A stretch of DNA of 32,000 nt from positions 2,982,651 through 3,014,650 of the forward strand of contig CP113000.1 in NCBI GenBank assembly GCA_026625185.1, read 5' to 3'. The DNA is from Thermodesulfobacteriota bacterium. GTDB taxonomy: Bacteria; Desulfobacterota; WTBG01; JAGOGO01. Made by a program: the position numbers and the translations under genes. Under the pieces are notes generated by a model. That model saw nothing but the letters and a program-made list of their open reading frames with translations, had not been told where the DNA came from and did not search any database. Positions within the stretch are counted from its first letter, which is position 1. Every line of letters begins with the position of its first letter. Below, piece by piece: positions 1-9,369 of the stretch.

Positions 1-38
1 TGCATATTTATCTATTTTTATCATTTTCTTTAAAAAAA

Positions 39-725
39 TCAACTCTTCTTATTACGCTCATCATCAAAAGGCCGAATATAAAGAGGGGTCACATTGTTGA
101 TCGCAAGAGTATTTCCCTCTTTCAGTTCTTCAAGTCCTAGACAAGCGATGGTAGCCGCCCGGGGATGCCTTAAATGGGGAGGGGCAAATAAGGCTTTTGA
201 GCCAAGAAATTCCTTTATGAGAGACTCATAAACCTGGCTTCCATCTCCAAGAAATATAACCCTTTCGTTGATTTTTTGCAGGAGTTTTTGGGGAGCAATG
301 GCCAAGTCGGTGGTTATTTTTTGGAGTTCAAATGACGCATTCCAACGATAAAGTGCCGCAAATACTTCTTTTTTCTTTGCATCTAACATTGGACAAACCA
401 AAGTCTCTGCACAAGGATAATGATGCGCTAAACCATCGAGGGTTGATATCCCCACTACTGGTTTTGCACTGGCTAAAGAAAGTCCCTTTATGGTACTAAT
501 GCCGATCCTTAACCCGGTAAAAGACCCTGGACCTATAGAAACAACTAAACCGTCAATGCGGGAAAAAAGAATATCACTATTTTTTAATAATTGGTCAATA
601 ATGGGAAGAAGACGTTCCGAATGGTTGAGACTCACATTGAGAGTACACTCGCCAATTACTCCTTCATCATTTACTATCGCAACACTTCCAACTCCGGTAG
701 CGGTTTCAATTCCTAAGACTATCAT
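39..725 (-). CDS. tsaB: tRNA N6-threonylcarbamoyladenosine (t6A) biosynthesis protein TsaB (YeaZ family)
   Basis: 228-aa ORF. The N-terminus MIVLGIETATGVGSVAIV and the later SIGPGSFTGLRIGISTIKGL are typical of TsaB/YeaZ. It lies at the end of the rseP cluster. Confidence 0.9.
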   Translation of the reverse strand: MIVLGIETATGVGSVAIVNDEGVIGECTLNVSLNHSERLLPIIDQLLKNSDILFSRIDGLVVSIGPGSFTGLRIGISTIKGLSLASAKPVVGISTLDGLAHHYPCAETLVCPMLDAKKKEVFAALYRWNASFELQKITTDLAIAPQKLLQKINERVIFLGDGSQVYESLIKEFLGSKALFAPPHLRHPRAATIACLGLEELKEGNTLAINNVTPLYIRPFDDERNKKS

Positions 726-779
726 AAAAGCTCTATCCCTCCTTACTGACCACGGACTAATTGTCTTACGTTTTTTTGT

Positions 780-2141
780 CTATTTCCAAGGGAAAAAGTC
801 TTTAATGTTGCCGGGAAGAACCCGCATTACGTCGTTATACGTTACCGTTACCATTAAAAAAATAAGGATCGCCAACCCAACTTGTTGTGCTATCTCCATC
901 TTTTTAACCTCGATGGGTTTTCCTTTAATAAGTTCAAAAAATAAAAATAAAATGAAACCACCATCTAACACCGGAATAGGAAATAGGTTTATTATCCCTA
1001 AACTTAATGACAAAAAGGCCATAAACGAAAGGAAGTCCGTAAGGCCGGATTGAGCGGCCTGGCCGCTAAGCTTGGCGATCATAATCGGGCCTCCGAGAGC
1101 CTTAACCGAAAGATTAAAAGTGATCAAATCCTTGAGCATCTTTAGCGTGGACCACGCCATCTCGCCGGTTCTTTGCGCTCCTTTTTTGAGCGACTCAAAA
1201 AACCCGTATTGCTCATTGATGGTTTTTATAAGCGGCATGACGCCAATGAACGGTCTTTTTTCACCGGATATCTCCTGAATCTCCGGCTTTATTAAAAAAA
1301 ACAGCTTTTTATCATTCCTTTGAATTTCAAACTCAATCTCCTTTTCTTTATTATTTTTGATCAGTTGGGGAACTTGATTCCAGTGAAAAATAGGAGTGTT
1401 AGCAATTGAAAGTATTCTATCCCCTGGTTTTAAACCAGCTTTTTCCGCCGGAAACTGAGGAGTGAGGCTTCCAATGATCGGATCAAAAGAGCATTCCCAG
1501 CCCACATATCCTGCGCCAAAGTCCTTATTGGTCAAGGGGGTTAATACGCTTCCCCTCATTGTTCCGTCGCGTAAAAATGAAACCCGCAGATCCTTTTCCG
1601 GATGAGTCAAGATAGTATTTTGCAACTCTTCCCAGTTTTTGATCGTTGCACCATCAATGCTTTTAATAAGGTCTCCTACCTCAAAGCCAGACTTAGCTGC
1701 CGGTGACCCTTCCTCAATCCATCCAATAGTCGGAGCATCTTTCAGGTATTGTGGAACCTGAACCCCGATCATAAAAACAAGAGGGAAAAGCAAAAAAGCA
1801 AGGATTATGTTCATCACTGGACCGGCAACTACAATTTTAAACCGGTCGCCTACTTTTCGGGAAGTAAATTCCGATGGATCATTTTTTAATTCTTCCCCGG
1901 GGTTTTCACCTTTGAGCTTTACATACCCCCCAAGCGGGAGAAGAGAAATGAGATACTCGGTTCCATCGTTTCTTCTCTTAAACCCAACAATCTTTGGCCC
2001 AAATCCTAATGAAAATTTTTCTACTTTGACACCAATCCATTTAGCCACCATAAAATGACCAAATTCATGGATAAAAACGAGTACCCCGATAAGAATGAGG
2101 AATGATATAATCGTGGAAATCATCTGTCTTACCTCATGCAA
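780..2141 (-). CDS. rseP: RIP site-2 zinc metalloprotease RseP (M50 family, PDZ domains)
   Basis: HEFGHF (HExxH) sits in the first TM helix, with central PDZ-like repeats and a C-terminal NLFPIPVLDGG motif. The true start may be the second Met at 2123. The gene ends on TAG (780-782). Confidence 0.92.
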   Translation of the reverse strand: MHEVRQMISTIISFLILIGVLVFIHEFGHFMVAKWIGVKVEKFSLGFGPKIVGFKRRNDGTEYLISLLPLGGYVKLKGENPGEELKNDPSEFTSRKVGDRFKIVVAGPVMNIILAFLLFPLVFMIGVQVPQYLKDAPTIGWIEEGSPAAKSGFEVGDLIKSIDGATIKNWEELQNTILTHPEKDLRVSFLRDGTMRGSVLTPLTNKDFGAGYVGWECSFDPIIGSLTPQFPAEKAGLKPGDRILSIANTPIFHWNQVPQLIKNNKEKEIEFEIQRNDKKLFFLIKPEIQEISGEKRPFIGVMPLIKTINEQYGFFESLKKGAQRTGEMAWSTLKMLKDLITFNLSVKALGGPIMIAKLSGQAAQSGLTDFLSFMAFLSLSLGIINLFPIPVLDGGFILFLFFELIKGKPIEVKKMEIAQQVGLAILIFLMVTVTYNDVMRVLPGNIKDFFPWK

Positions 2142-2217
2142 AATTTTTATTCATTTGATCTATATTTCAATGTGTTTGTTTTTTTACTTTTACTTTACAC
2201 CTGTCTTTTGGTTATGG

Positions 2218-3393
2218 TCAACTGGGTTTATTTTTTTTTAAAGCCTCAACTATTTTATTGGCTGTTTGTCGAGCCCACGCATCAACCTCTATGGCATCCT
2301 CAATATCTCTGATGTTCCGAGGATTATGCCTATCCATGCTTTTTTTAATCACCAGAGAGATTTCTGAAAAAGAAACTTGTTTTTTGAGGAAGGCCTCTAC
2401 TGCGACTTCATTGGCCCCGTTCAACACAGCACCCAGCGACTCTTCTTCCTGAAGAGACTGGTAAGCTAATCGTAACGCTGGAAATCGCTCAACGTCCGGT
2501 TCAAAAAAGGTTAATTGACCCAGGTTCGCCAAGTTGAGGGATGCCAGGTCGTTTTTTAGCCGCTCCGGATACGCTAAGGCATACGAGATCGGGAGTCGCA
2601 TATCCGGCAAAGACATCTGTGCGAGAGTCGAACCATCACAATATTCAACCATGCTGTGAATAATGCTCTGAGGATGAATTACCACCTGGATACATTCTGG
2701 GGGAAGGTTAAAAAGCCAGCGGGCTTCTATGACCTCCAACCCTTTATTCATCAGGGTGGCCGAATCAATGGTTATTTTTTTCCCCATTTTCCACACCGGA
2801 TGTTTCAACGCTTCTTCTGGCGTAATGTTCTTTAACTGTTTTTTGTCATGGTTTAAGAAGGGGCCTCCTGAGGCGGTAAGAATTAATCGACTAACGTCTT
2901 CTTTCCTTTGTCCTTGAAGCACTTGAAAAATAGCGCTATGTTCACTATCGATGGGAATTATTTCAACCCCATAAGACCGGGCTGCCTCCATCACGAGTTT
3001 TCCCGCCACCACCAAGGTTTCTTTATTGGCCAAAGCAAGTCTCTTACCCGATCGAATAGCAGCCATAGTGGGAATCAGCCCCACAGAACCGACCATTGCC
3101 GAAACGACCAGATCAGCTTCGGAATATGTTGCTACCTCAATCATCCCTGCCTGGTCAACCAGGATCGGCAAATTAATATGAGGAGTAAGAAGATCTTTAA
3201 GCTTATATGCTAAGGCCGGACTGGAAACCGCAACCACCTCCGGTTTATACATCTTAATTTGCTCCGATAAGGTGGCCACATTGCTACCCGCTGCCAGCCC
3301 GACAACTTTATAACGCTCGGGAAAAGCCGCAATGATTTTTAAAGTATTCGTACCGATAAACCCGGTTGATCCCAATATAGAGATCTTTTTCAT
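2218..3393 (-). CDS. dxr: 1-deoxy-D-xylulose 5-phosphate reductoisomerase
   Basis: 391 aa. N-terminal NADPH-binding ILGSTGFIGTNTL, plus LANKETLV and the IDSEHSAIFQ motif. There is a 4-bp overlap with the cdsA stop. Confidence 0.95.
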   Translation of the reverse strand: MKKISILGSTGFIGTNTLKIIAAFPERYKVVGLAAGSNVATLSEQIKMYKPEVVAVSSPALAYKLKDLLTPHINLPILVDQAGMIEVATYSEADLVVSAMVGSVGLIPTMAAIRSGKRLALANKETLVVAGKLVMEAARSYGVEIIPIDSEHSAIFQVLQGQRKEDVSRLILTASGGPFLNHDKKQLKNITPEEALKHPVWKMGKKITIDSATLMNKGLEVIEARWLFNLPPECIQVVIHPQSIIHSMVEYCDGSTLAQMSLPDMRLPISYALAYPERLKNDLASLNLANLGQLTFFEPDVERFPALRLAYQSLQEEESLGAVLNGANEVAVEAFLKKQVSFSEISLVIKKSMDRHNPRNIRDIEDAIEVDAWARQTANKIVEALKKNKPS

Positions 3394-4205
3394 AAAAGCC
3401 TTTCCTGGAAGATAATAGCGTAATAAAGGAAGGGAGCAGAAAAAAAGAGGCTATCTAACCGATCCAAAACTCCTCCATGCCCGGGAAGACACTTTCCTGA
3501 GTCCTTAACCTTAGCTTCTCTTTTAAGAACTGATTCCCAAAGGTCTCCCAACTGACCCAATATTCCGGCAATACCTGCGAGAAATATAATCACCAGAAAA
3601 GAAGATGCGGGAAAAAAGAAAAAGGCAAATACCAAACCGCCCAAAATACTTCCGATCAACCCCAAAATCGCTCCTTCTTGGGTCTTACCCGGGCTTATTT
3701 CCGGAGAAAGTTTGTGTTCACCAAATAATTTCCCCCCGTAGAAAGCAAAAGTATCCCCACTGAAAATTATTGTAAGGAGAAAAAAAAACAAAGGTCGGCC
3801 TTGGTCTAAACCCCGTAACCAAATTAAATGGGAGAGTAAAAAAACAATCACAAAGATACCGATTAAATGCTTTTTTAAATCCGATTGTTGAGTTGCTGAG
3901 TTTTTAAAGGTAACTATCTTAAACAGACAAAAAGAAAAACCTAATCCCGCAATGCAAGCGAACAAACCGGGCTTCTCAAAATAAAGAAATGCTCCGGATA
4001 AAATAATCCCCAAAACCACCCCAACAAGGCGTGAGTTTTTTGAAATAGAGACTAAATCATAAAATTCTTTAAGCGCAAAAAGATTAACCAGGAGAATAAA
4101 AACAAAAAAAATCGGCCTTGAACTATAGCCGACAAACAGAAAAATAATTGCAAGTCCGATCAGACCAGTCAGCAGTCTATCCCGGTGGTCTTTTGAAATT
4201 CCCAT
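3390..4205 (-). CDS. cdsA: phosphatidate cytidylyltransferase (CDP-diglyceride synthase)
   Basis: 271-aa polytopic membrane protein. The C-terminal KREAKVKDSGKCLPGHGGVLDRLDS matches the CdsA signature. Syntenic with uppS and dxr. Confidence 0.9.
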   Translation of the reverse strand: MGISKDHRDRLLTGLIGLAIIFLFVGYSSRPIFFVFILLVNLFALKEFYDLVSISKNSRLVGVVLGIILSGAFLYFEKPGLFACIAGLGFSFCLFKIVTFKNSATQQSDLKKHLIGIFVIVFLLSHLIWLRGLDQGRPLFFFLLTIIFSGDTFAFYGGKLFGEHKLSPEISPGKTQEGAILGLIGSILGGLVFAFFFFPASSFLVIIFLAGIAGILGQLGDLWESVLKREAKVKDSGKCLPGHGGVLDRLDSLFFSAPFLYYAIIFQERLL

Positions 4206-4210
4206 AGGTT

Positions 4211-4951
4211 TTATCCGATCGTGCCTAACTGTTCGCTTATCCGACCAAATCGCCTTTCACGGCTCTGATAATGTATCAAGGCTTGAACCATATCCTCCCT
4301 TTTAAAATCAGGCCAAAGAATTTCGGTAACATAAATTTCAGTATATGCCATCTGCCAGAGAAGAAAATTACTCAATCGCATTTCCCCACTGGTGCGAATT
4401 AAAAGGTCAGGATCAGGGAGATCCTTGGTAAACAAATAGCTTGAAAAAACTTTTTCCGTAATGCCGTCTTCCTTTAAACTGCCTTGTTTTACAGCTTGCA
4501 CTATTTTTTTTACGGCTCGGATAATTTCATCCCTTCCCCCATAACTCAAAGCCAAATTTACGATCATTCCTTTACAGTTTTTAGTCTGTTCTACAGTTTG
4601 ATTTATTATCCTAGCTAACGATGGGGGCATATCGTCGATATTCCCAATCGTCTTCAAGCAAATATTATTTTTCAAAAGTTCTTTTGACTCTTTAACAATA
4701 TACTTTTTAAGCAGATTCATGAGTGCTTGGACTTCTTTTTTCGGCCGTCTCCAGTTTTCAATCGAAAATGCGTAAAGGGTAAGCACTTTAATCCCTGTTT
4801 CCCCACAAAATTTAACGATCTCACGAGCGGATTCAATCCCTTTTTCATGGCCAACAATCCGTTCTAAGTTTCTATTTTTGGCCCACCGGCCATTCCCATC
4901 CATTATGACGGCAATATGCTGAGGAAGTTTTTCTTTATCTAAATTTTTCAT
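4211..4951 (-). CDS. uppS: di-trans,poly-cis-undecaprenyl-diphosphate synthase
   Basis: 246 aa. HIAVIMDGNGRWA, TLYAFSIENWRRP and IRTSGEMRLSNFLLWQ are classic cis-prenyltransferase motifs. Confidence 0.95.
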   Translation of the reverse strand: MKNLDKEKLPQHIAVIMDGNGRWAKNRNLERIVGHEKGIESAREIVKFCGETGIKVLTLYAFSIENWRRPKKEVQALMNLLKKYIVKESKELLKNNICLKTIGNIDDMPPSLARIINQTVEQTKNCKGMIVNLALSYGGRDEIIRAVKKIVQAVKQGSLKEDGITEKVFSSYLFTKDLPDPDLLIRTSGEMRLSNFLLWQMAYTEIYVTEILWPDFKREDMVQALIHYQSRERRFGRISEQLGTIG

Positions 4952-5210
4952 TATAAAATTATAGCAGGGATATGCACTGCCCTATGTCCAAAATTTCAAG
5001 AAAACTGCCATCCCGTAAAGTAAACTCAATCAATTCCTCAGGTTCTGGGCTCGAAAAGCATAATTCCTTTAACATCAAAGAAAGCATGAGGTTTCAATAA
5101 AAAAACATCTAAAGGGGATAAAGAAAATGCGGAAGAAAATATTTTTTTATCAATGTTTAAATTAAAAATCTTATTAAGGTGGGCTTTCGCACGATAACGC
5201 TTTCCCTTCC

Positions 5211-5768
5211 CTATATTGCCATTAATTCTTTTTCCTTTTCAATAAAAAGCGCTTCTGCTTTTTCAATATATTCGTCAGTAATTTGTTGGACCTGGTCGTG
5301 ATCGGCAAAATATTCATCTTCTGAAATTTCTTTATCTTTTTTAAAATCTTTGAGCTTCTCGTTAATATCCCTCCGGATGTTTCTTAAGGTAACTTTAGCT
5401 TTCTCGGCTACCTTTCCGATAACTTTAACAAGCTCCTTTCTCCTTTCCTCAGTGAGCGATGGTATTGGTATCCGGATAATTTTTCCGTCCGTCGCAGGTG
5501 TGAGACCTAAATCAGACCTTAGGATAGCTTTCTCAATATCGCCAATGATCTTGGTATCCCACGGTTGGATAGTTATCAAACGACTATCCGGAATCGCGAG
5601 AGTTGAAACTTGGTTGAGCGGCACAACCGAACCATAATAATTAACTTTTATTCCTTCGAGTAATGACAGGGATGCTCTTCCCGTCCTCACTCGACCAAAT
5701 TCATGCTTGGTGTTTTCGAGAGCTTTTTCCATTTCCTCCCGCATTTTTTTTTCTAATTCTTTATTCAT
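5211..5768 (-). CDS. frr: ribosome recycling factor
   Basis: The ORF track extends to 5900, but that extension overlaps pyrH in another frame. Met45 (ATG at 5768) gives MNKELEKKMREEMEKALE..., a normal 185-aa Frr, starting 5 nt after the pyrH stop. Confidence 0.93.
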   Translation of the reverse strand: MNKELEKKMREEMEKALENTKHEFGRVRTGRASLSLLEGIKVNYYGSVVPLNQVSTLAIPDSRLITIQPWDTKIIGDIEKAILRSDLGLTPATDGKIIRIPIPSLTEERRKELVKVIGKVAEKAKVTLRNIRRDINEKLKDFKKDKEISEDEYFADHDQVQQITDEYIEKAEALFIEKEKELMAI

Positions 5769-5772
5769 CGTA

Positions 5773-6489
5773 TTACCCCTCAATAATGGTTCCCACCTGG
5801 TTGCCCAATAAAACCCGTTTAATATTATTGGGAACAGTGAGATTAAAGATAAATACCGGAAGATGGTTATCCATACAAAGGGAAATGGCGGTTGAATCAA
5901 TTACCTTGCAGTTTTTATTGAGATACTCTAAATACGTGAGCCGGTCAAACTTTACTGCCTCCTTATTTAAAAGCGGATCAGAGTCATAAACTCCGTCAAC
6001 CTTGGTAGCTTTGAGTATCGCCTCAGCACCAATCTCCATTGCCCGCAAAGCAGCTGCCGTGTCACTCGAAAAATAAGGATTACCTGTCCCACCGGCAAAA
6101 ATAACTACTCGTTTTTTTTCCAAATGGCGAATCGCGCGCCGTCTTATGTAAGGCTCGGCGACCTGATGCATCTCAATCGCGGAAAGAACTCGGGTGGGAA
6201 TATTTCGGTTTTCAAAGGCATTTTGAAGCGCCAGGCTGTTGATAACCGTAGCTAACATCCCCATATAATCGCCCGAAGCGCGATCTAATCCTTCAGCTGT
6301 CCCCAATACTCCTCGAAAGATATTTCCCCCTCCAATCACTAAGGCCAACTGTATACCAAGTTCATAGATATCACGAATCTCTTCAGAGATTTTACTAATG
6401 GCCTTGGTATCAATACCAAAGCCTTTCTCTCCGGCCAGTACTTCTCCGCTTAATTTGATGAGCACTCTACGAAAAACAGTATCAGCCAT
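5773..6489 (-). CDS. pyrH: UMP kinase
   Basis: 238 aa. [17 protein letters not shown] and [20 protein letters not shown] motifs. Confidence 0.95.
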   Translation of the reverse strand: MADTVFRRVLIKLSGEVLAGEKGFGIDTKAISKISEEIRDIYELGIQLALVIGGGNIFRGVLGTAEGLDRASGDYMGMLATVINSLALQNAFENRNIPTRVLSAIEMHQVAEPYIRRRAIRHLEKKRVVIFAGGTGNPYFSSDTAAALRAMEIGAEAILKATKVDGVYDSDPLLNKEAVKFDRLTYLEYLNKNCKVIDSTAISLCMDNHLPVFIFNLTVPNNIKRVLLGNQVGTIIEG

Positions 6490-6505
6490 GGGATTCTTCT
6501 AACCT

Positions 6506-7108
6506 TTATTCCGTAGTTTCCCCGAGTTGATATCGGCAAAATCTACGGATGATAATATTTTCCCCTAACTTCCCAATATGGGAATCAAGCAATTCCTTGA
6601 TCGTAACTTCCGGTTCCCTCACATAGCTCTGTTCCATTAAACAGACCTCAGAAAAAAATTTCTCTATTTTACCCCCAATAATCTTATCAAGAATTTTTTC
6701 GGGTTTTCCTTCACGAAGGGCTTGATTACGGTAAATCTCTTTTTCTTTCTCAAGTACGGCTAAGGGAACATCCTCTCGACTAAGATAAAAAGGATTGGAA
6801 GCGGCAATTTGCATTGAAAGATTTTTTACCAGTTGTTTAAAGTCTTCAGTCCGAGCCACAAAGTCAGTTTCACAATTTACCTCAACCAATACTCCGATCT
6901 TCCCGCCAGGATGAATATACGCACTCACCAGCCCATCTTTGGCGCTCCGGGTTGCTTTCTTTTGGGAGGTTTTCAGTCCTTTTTCCCGGAGGAGGTCAAT
7001 CGCTTTATCAAAATTTCCCTGTGCTTCTTCGAGAGCTTTTTTACAGTCCATGATTGGCGCAAGAGTCCTTTCACGGAGCTCTTTTACCGTCTTCGCATCA
7101 ATTTCCAT
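6506..7108 (-). CDS. tsf: translation elongation factor Ts (short ~200-aa form)
   Basis: N-terminal UBA-like VKELRERTLAPIMDCKKALEEAQGNFDKAIDLLREKG, with rpsB immediately upstream. Confidence 0.94.
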   Translation of the reverse strand: MEIDAKTVKELRERTLAPIMDCKKALEEAQGNFDKAIDLLREKGLKTSQKKATRSAKDGLVSAYIHPGGKIGVLVEVNCETDFVARTEDFKQLVKNLSMQIAASNPFYLSREDVPLAVLEKEKEIYRNQALREGKPEKILDKIIGGKIEKFFSEVCLMEQSYVREPEVTIKELLDSHIGKLGENIIIRRFCRYQLGETTE

Positions 7109-7148
7109 TCACAACCTCCAAGGTTTTAGATTTTTTCCTTTATCAATA

Positions 7149-7937
7149 TTACTCAGCCATACTGGGTGTTAATTTCTCCCCTGAAGGTTTGTTTTCTTCG
7201 GAAAAACTTTCTGGAGGAGCACCGTCGGTCTTTTGCAGCAGTTTTTCTTCTTTTCGCTTCTTGCCCTCAATACAGGCATCAGCTATTTTTGAAGCAAATA
7301 ACCGAATCGCGCGAATAGCATCATCATTGCCCGGAATAACATAATCTACATCATCGGGATCGCAATTCGTATCAACCAAACCAAGTGAGGGAATACCTAA
7401 TTTTTTTGTTTCCGCGACCGCGATTTTTTCTTTTCGGCTGTCAACAATAAAAACCGCTCCCGGCAGACTATTCATGTTTTTAATCCCACCTAACCTTTTA
7501 AAAATTTTTTCTTTTTCCTTTTTCATTTTCAAAATTTCTTTTTTAGGGACTTCAGATACTTCTTCTCTTCCCTCCACAATCGTATCAAGAGTTTTTAAAT
7601 GTTCAACACTCTTTCTGATTGTCTGAAAATTAGTCAACATCCCGCCTAACCAGCGATAATCAACATAAAACATAGCGCAGCGTTCTGCTTCTTCCCGAAT
7701 GGTATCTTGGGCTTGCCTTTTTGTTCCTACAAATAACATTGATCCGCCATTGGCAACAACATCCACCACAAAGTTATACGCGACCTTAAAAAGGGTTAAT
7801 GTTTTTTGGAGATCAATGATATGAATTCCATTCCGGGCACCAAAAATAAAAGGCTTCATTTTCGGATTCCACCGTCTGGTCTGATGGCCGAAATGGACTC
7901 CAGCTTCCAATAGTTCTTTCATGGTTACTACTGCCAC
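7149..7937 (-). CDS. rpsB: 30S ribosomal protein S2
   Basis: The conserved core is (M)[30 protein letters not shown] at 7937 is preceded by a perfect AGGAGG (7944-7949) at 6-nt spacing. The ATG at 7982 in the ORF track adds 15 non-conserved residues. Confidence 0.93.
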   Translation of the reverse strand: MAVVTMKELLEAGVHFGHQTRRWNPKMKPFIFGARNGIHIIDLQKTLTLFKVAYNFVVDVVANGGSMLFVGTKRQAQDTIREEAERCAMFYVDYRWLGGMLTNFQTIRKSVEHLKTLDTIVEGREEVSEVPKKEILKMKKEKEKIFKRLGGIKNMNSLPGAVFIVDSRKEKIAVAETKKLGIPSLGLVDTNCDPDDVDYVIPGNDDAIRAIRLFASKIADACIEGKKRKEEKLLQKTDGAPPESFSEENKPSGEKLTPSMAE

Positions 7938-8428
7938 ACTACACCTCCTGTGTTTTAATGGTTGTGCCGCCGCCTTATTCATCCCCAGTCTGGATTTATG
8001 GATTCATAAACACCCCAGCCTGAGTCCTAAGGCGTGAGAAATATATTTAAAATTTTAATTATTATAAACGCTTTTTGAAAAAAAACAAGTCTTGATTTTA
8101 AATCTCTTTACAAAATAGGTGGTTAGCATTTTCCATCACGGTTCAAAGAATTTTTTTTAATAACATGGTCAAAAATAATTTGCAAGGAAAATTACAGCGA
8201 TTTTTTTCTGCAATAATCTTTTTCTCTTCTATCTTTTTTTATTCTTAACTTCTGTTTTGTCAGTGTATCGTTGGGTAAAAATCCTTTTAACACGCTTTTT
8301 TTGTTGACTTTTCTCCTCCAGAGGTTAAAAAAAATAAAAAAATATCAACCCAAAAAAGATAAGTAACAAAAAGGAACAGGTTTTCTTTGATGGAAAGAAT
8401 TTTTAAGACTAATGAGAATATAAAATAG

Positions 8429-8470
8429 GGCCAACTCGCCGGATATAAAGGCGATAGGCCTTTTTTATTT
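8429..8470 (+). terminator. Rho-independent-terminator-like hairpin plus T tract; first block of repeat module copy 1
   Basis: GGCCAACTCGCC-GGATATAA-GGCGATAGGCC is followed by TTTTTTATTTT. A collinear covarying counterpart lies at 25103-25140. Confidence 0.55.
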
Positions 8471-8760
8471 TCAAAAACTAGTCCCCTCTCGAATAGGGGT
8501 GGCGCGAAGCGCCGGGGTGTGTTAAATCCATTCTTGAGAGGGGTGTCACAAAGTGACGGGGTGTGTAAGAATGGGGTTTGCGTTTTTAAGAAATATGATA
8601 GTGGTGTTATATTGATCCATACAAGACACCGGTATAAATTAAATATACTATATTAACAATCTGTTAGGTAGTATTCCTAAAGTTGTTTTTAGGTTTCTTA
8701 TATTGCAAAACTTCTATTTTGCGTCTTATACGGATCAATATAATCATTGTTGCCTTGTAA
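8429..8760 (+). repeat. Composite repeat module, copy 1 (hairpin/T tract, two GGGGT-hairpin-GGGGTGTGTAA units, 19-nt TTATATTGATCCRTAYAAG motifs)
   Basis: Blocks are collinear with 25103-25340. Motif copies lie at 8607-8625 (+), 8725-8743 (inverted) and 8696-8704 (partial). TATATTAACAAT..GTTAGG lies at 8649-8668. Confidence 0.8.
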
Positions 8761-8776
8761 GATGGATTGACCATTG

Positions 8777-8814
8777 TTGACATATGAAGCCTATACACGT
8801 ATATTATACGTATA
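8777..8814 (+). promoter_or_regulatory. sigma70-like promoter with overlapping operator-like palindrome for the antitoxin/mazF pair
   Basis: TTGACA (8777-8782), a 17-nt spacer and TATATT (8800-8805). The palindrome ACGTATA-T-TATACGT overlaps the -10. AGGAGG lies 6 nt before the ATG at 8826. Confidence 0.6.
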
Positions 8815-8825
8815 GGAGGTGTGCT

Positions 8826-9056
8826 ATGCAAAAAAAGTTGACCATTACTATCGACGAAGAGGTTTATGAGGGGCTTTATAAGAATATTGGCCCTCGGAAA
8901 ATCAGCAGGTATATTCAAGAAGTTGTCCGTCCGCTTGTCATTCGCCCAAACCTTGATTCAGCTTACGCCGAAATGGCAAAAGATAAAAGACGGGAAAAGG
9001 AAACGGAAGAATGGGCTGAGATAACCTTTTTGGATGTGGCACATGAAACGCTCTGA
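8826..9056 (+). CDS. type II antitoxin, ribbon-helix-helix type, partner of MazF/PemK
   Basis: 76 aa starting MQKKLTITIDEEVYEGL (RHH beta-strand pattern), with an acidic C-terminus. Strong SD. It overlaps the downstream mazF start. The ORF-track start at 8784 lacks an SD. Confidence 0.75.
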   Translation: MQKKLTITIDEEVYEGLYKNIGPRKISRYIQEVVRPLVIRPNLDSAYAEMAKDKRREKETEEWAEITFLDVAHETL

Positions 9057-9366
9057 GGTGTGGTGGGTTAATTTTGATCCCTCAGTCCGAGGAGAAATCC
9101 GGAAGAAGCGTCCTGCCGTGATTATTAGTAATGACTCCTCAAACAAGTTCCTTAATATAGTTCAGGTTGTTCCTCTAACCGGCAAAACAGAACGCCTCTA
9201 TCCCAGCGAGGCCTTGGTGGTTTTTGAAGGAAAAGAAAGTAAAGCAATGGCGGATCAATTAGCCACCGTCAGCAAGATGCGACTCTTTAAACGGGCAGGA
9301 ATTCTTTCAGCCAAAGACATGCAACGAATTGAAGAGGCTGTTAAAATACAACTCGATATTGCCTAA
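9043..9366 (+). CDS. mazF: MazF/PemK-family mRNA interferase toxin
   Basis: MKRSEVWWVNFDPSVRGEIRKKRPAVIISND...VVPLT is the MazF/PemK signature. The start could be 9034 or 9043, and either overlaps the antitoxin stop. Confidence 0.88.
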   Translation: MKRSEVWWVNFDPSVRGEIRKKRPAVIISNDSSNKFLNIVQVVPLTGKTERLYPSEALVVFEGKESKAMADQLATVSKMRLFKRAGILSAKDMQRIEEAVKIQLDIA

Positions 9367-9369
9367 AAC

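Noticed and set aside
490-1053. 187-aa plus-strand ORF
   Set aside because: It runs antisense across the tsaB/rseP junction, both of which are confidently identified. The same applies to 14774..15337, antisense to secA, and to the other short antisense ORFs in the dxr, argJ and ABC genes.
5769-5900. N-terminal 44-codon extension of frr in the ORF track
   Set aside because: The extension overlaps the 3' end of pyrH in another frame and encodes a non-conserved hydrophobic peptide. The internal ATG at 5768 gives a canonical Frr N-terminus 5 nt after the pyrH stop.
8165-8248. 27-codon ORF MVKNNLQGKLQRFFSAIIFFSSIFFYS in the rpsB upstream region, and a 12-codon ORF at 8390-8428
   Set aside because: T-rich low-complexity sequence gives a hydrophobic translation by default. 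There is no SD and no way to assess conservation from this window alone.
8483-8568. Possible miniature CRISPR array (repeated hairpin units)
   Set aside because: There are only two tandem units here and one at 25.2 kb. The intervening DNA is not spacer-like, the units are imperfect, and no cas genes are in the window.
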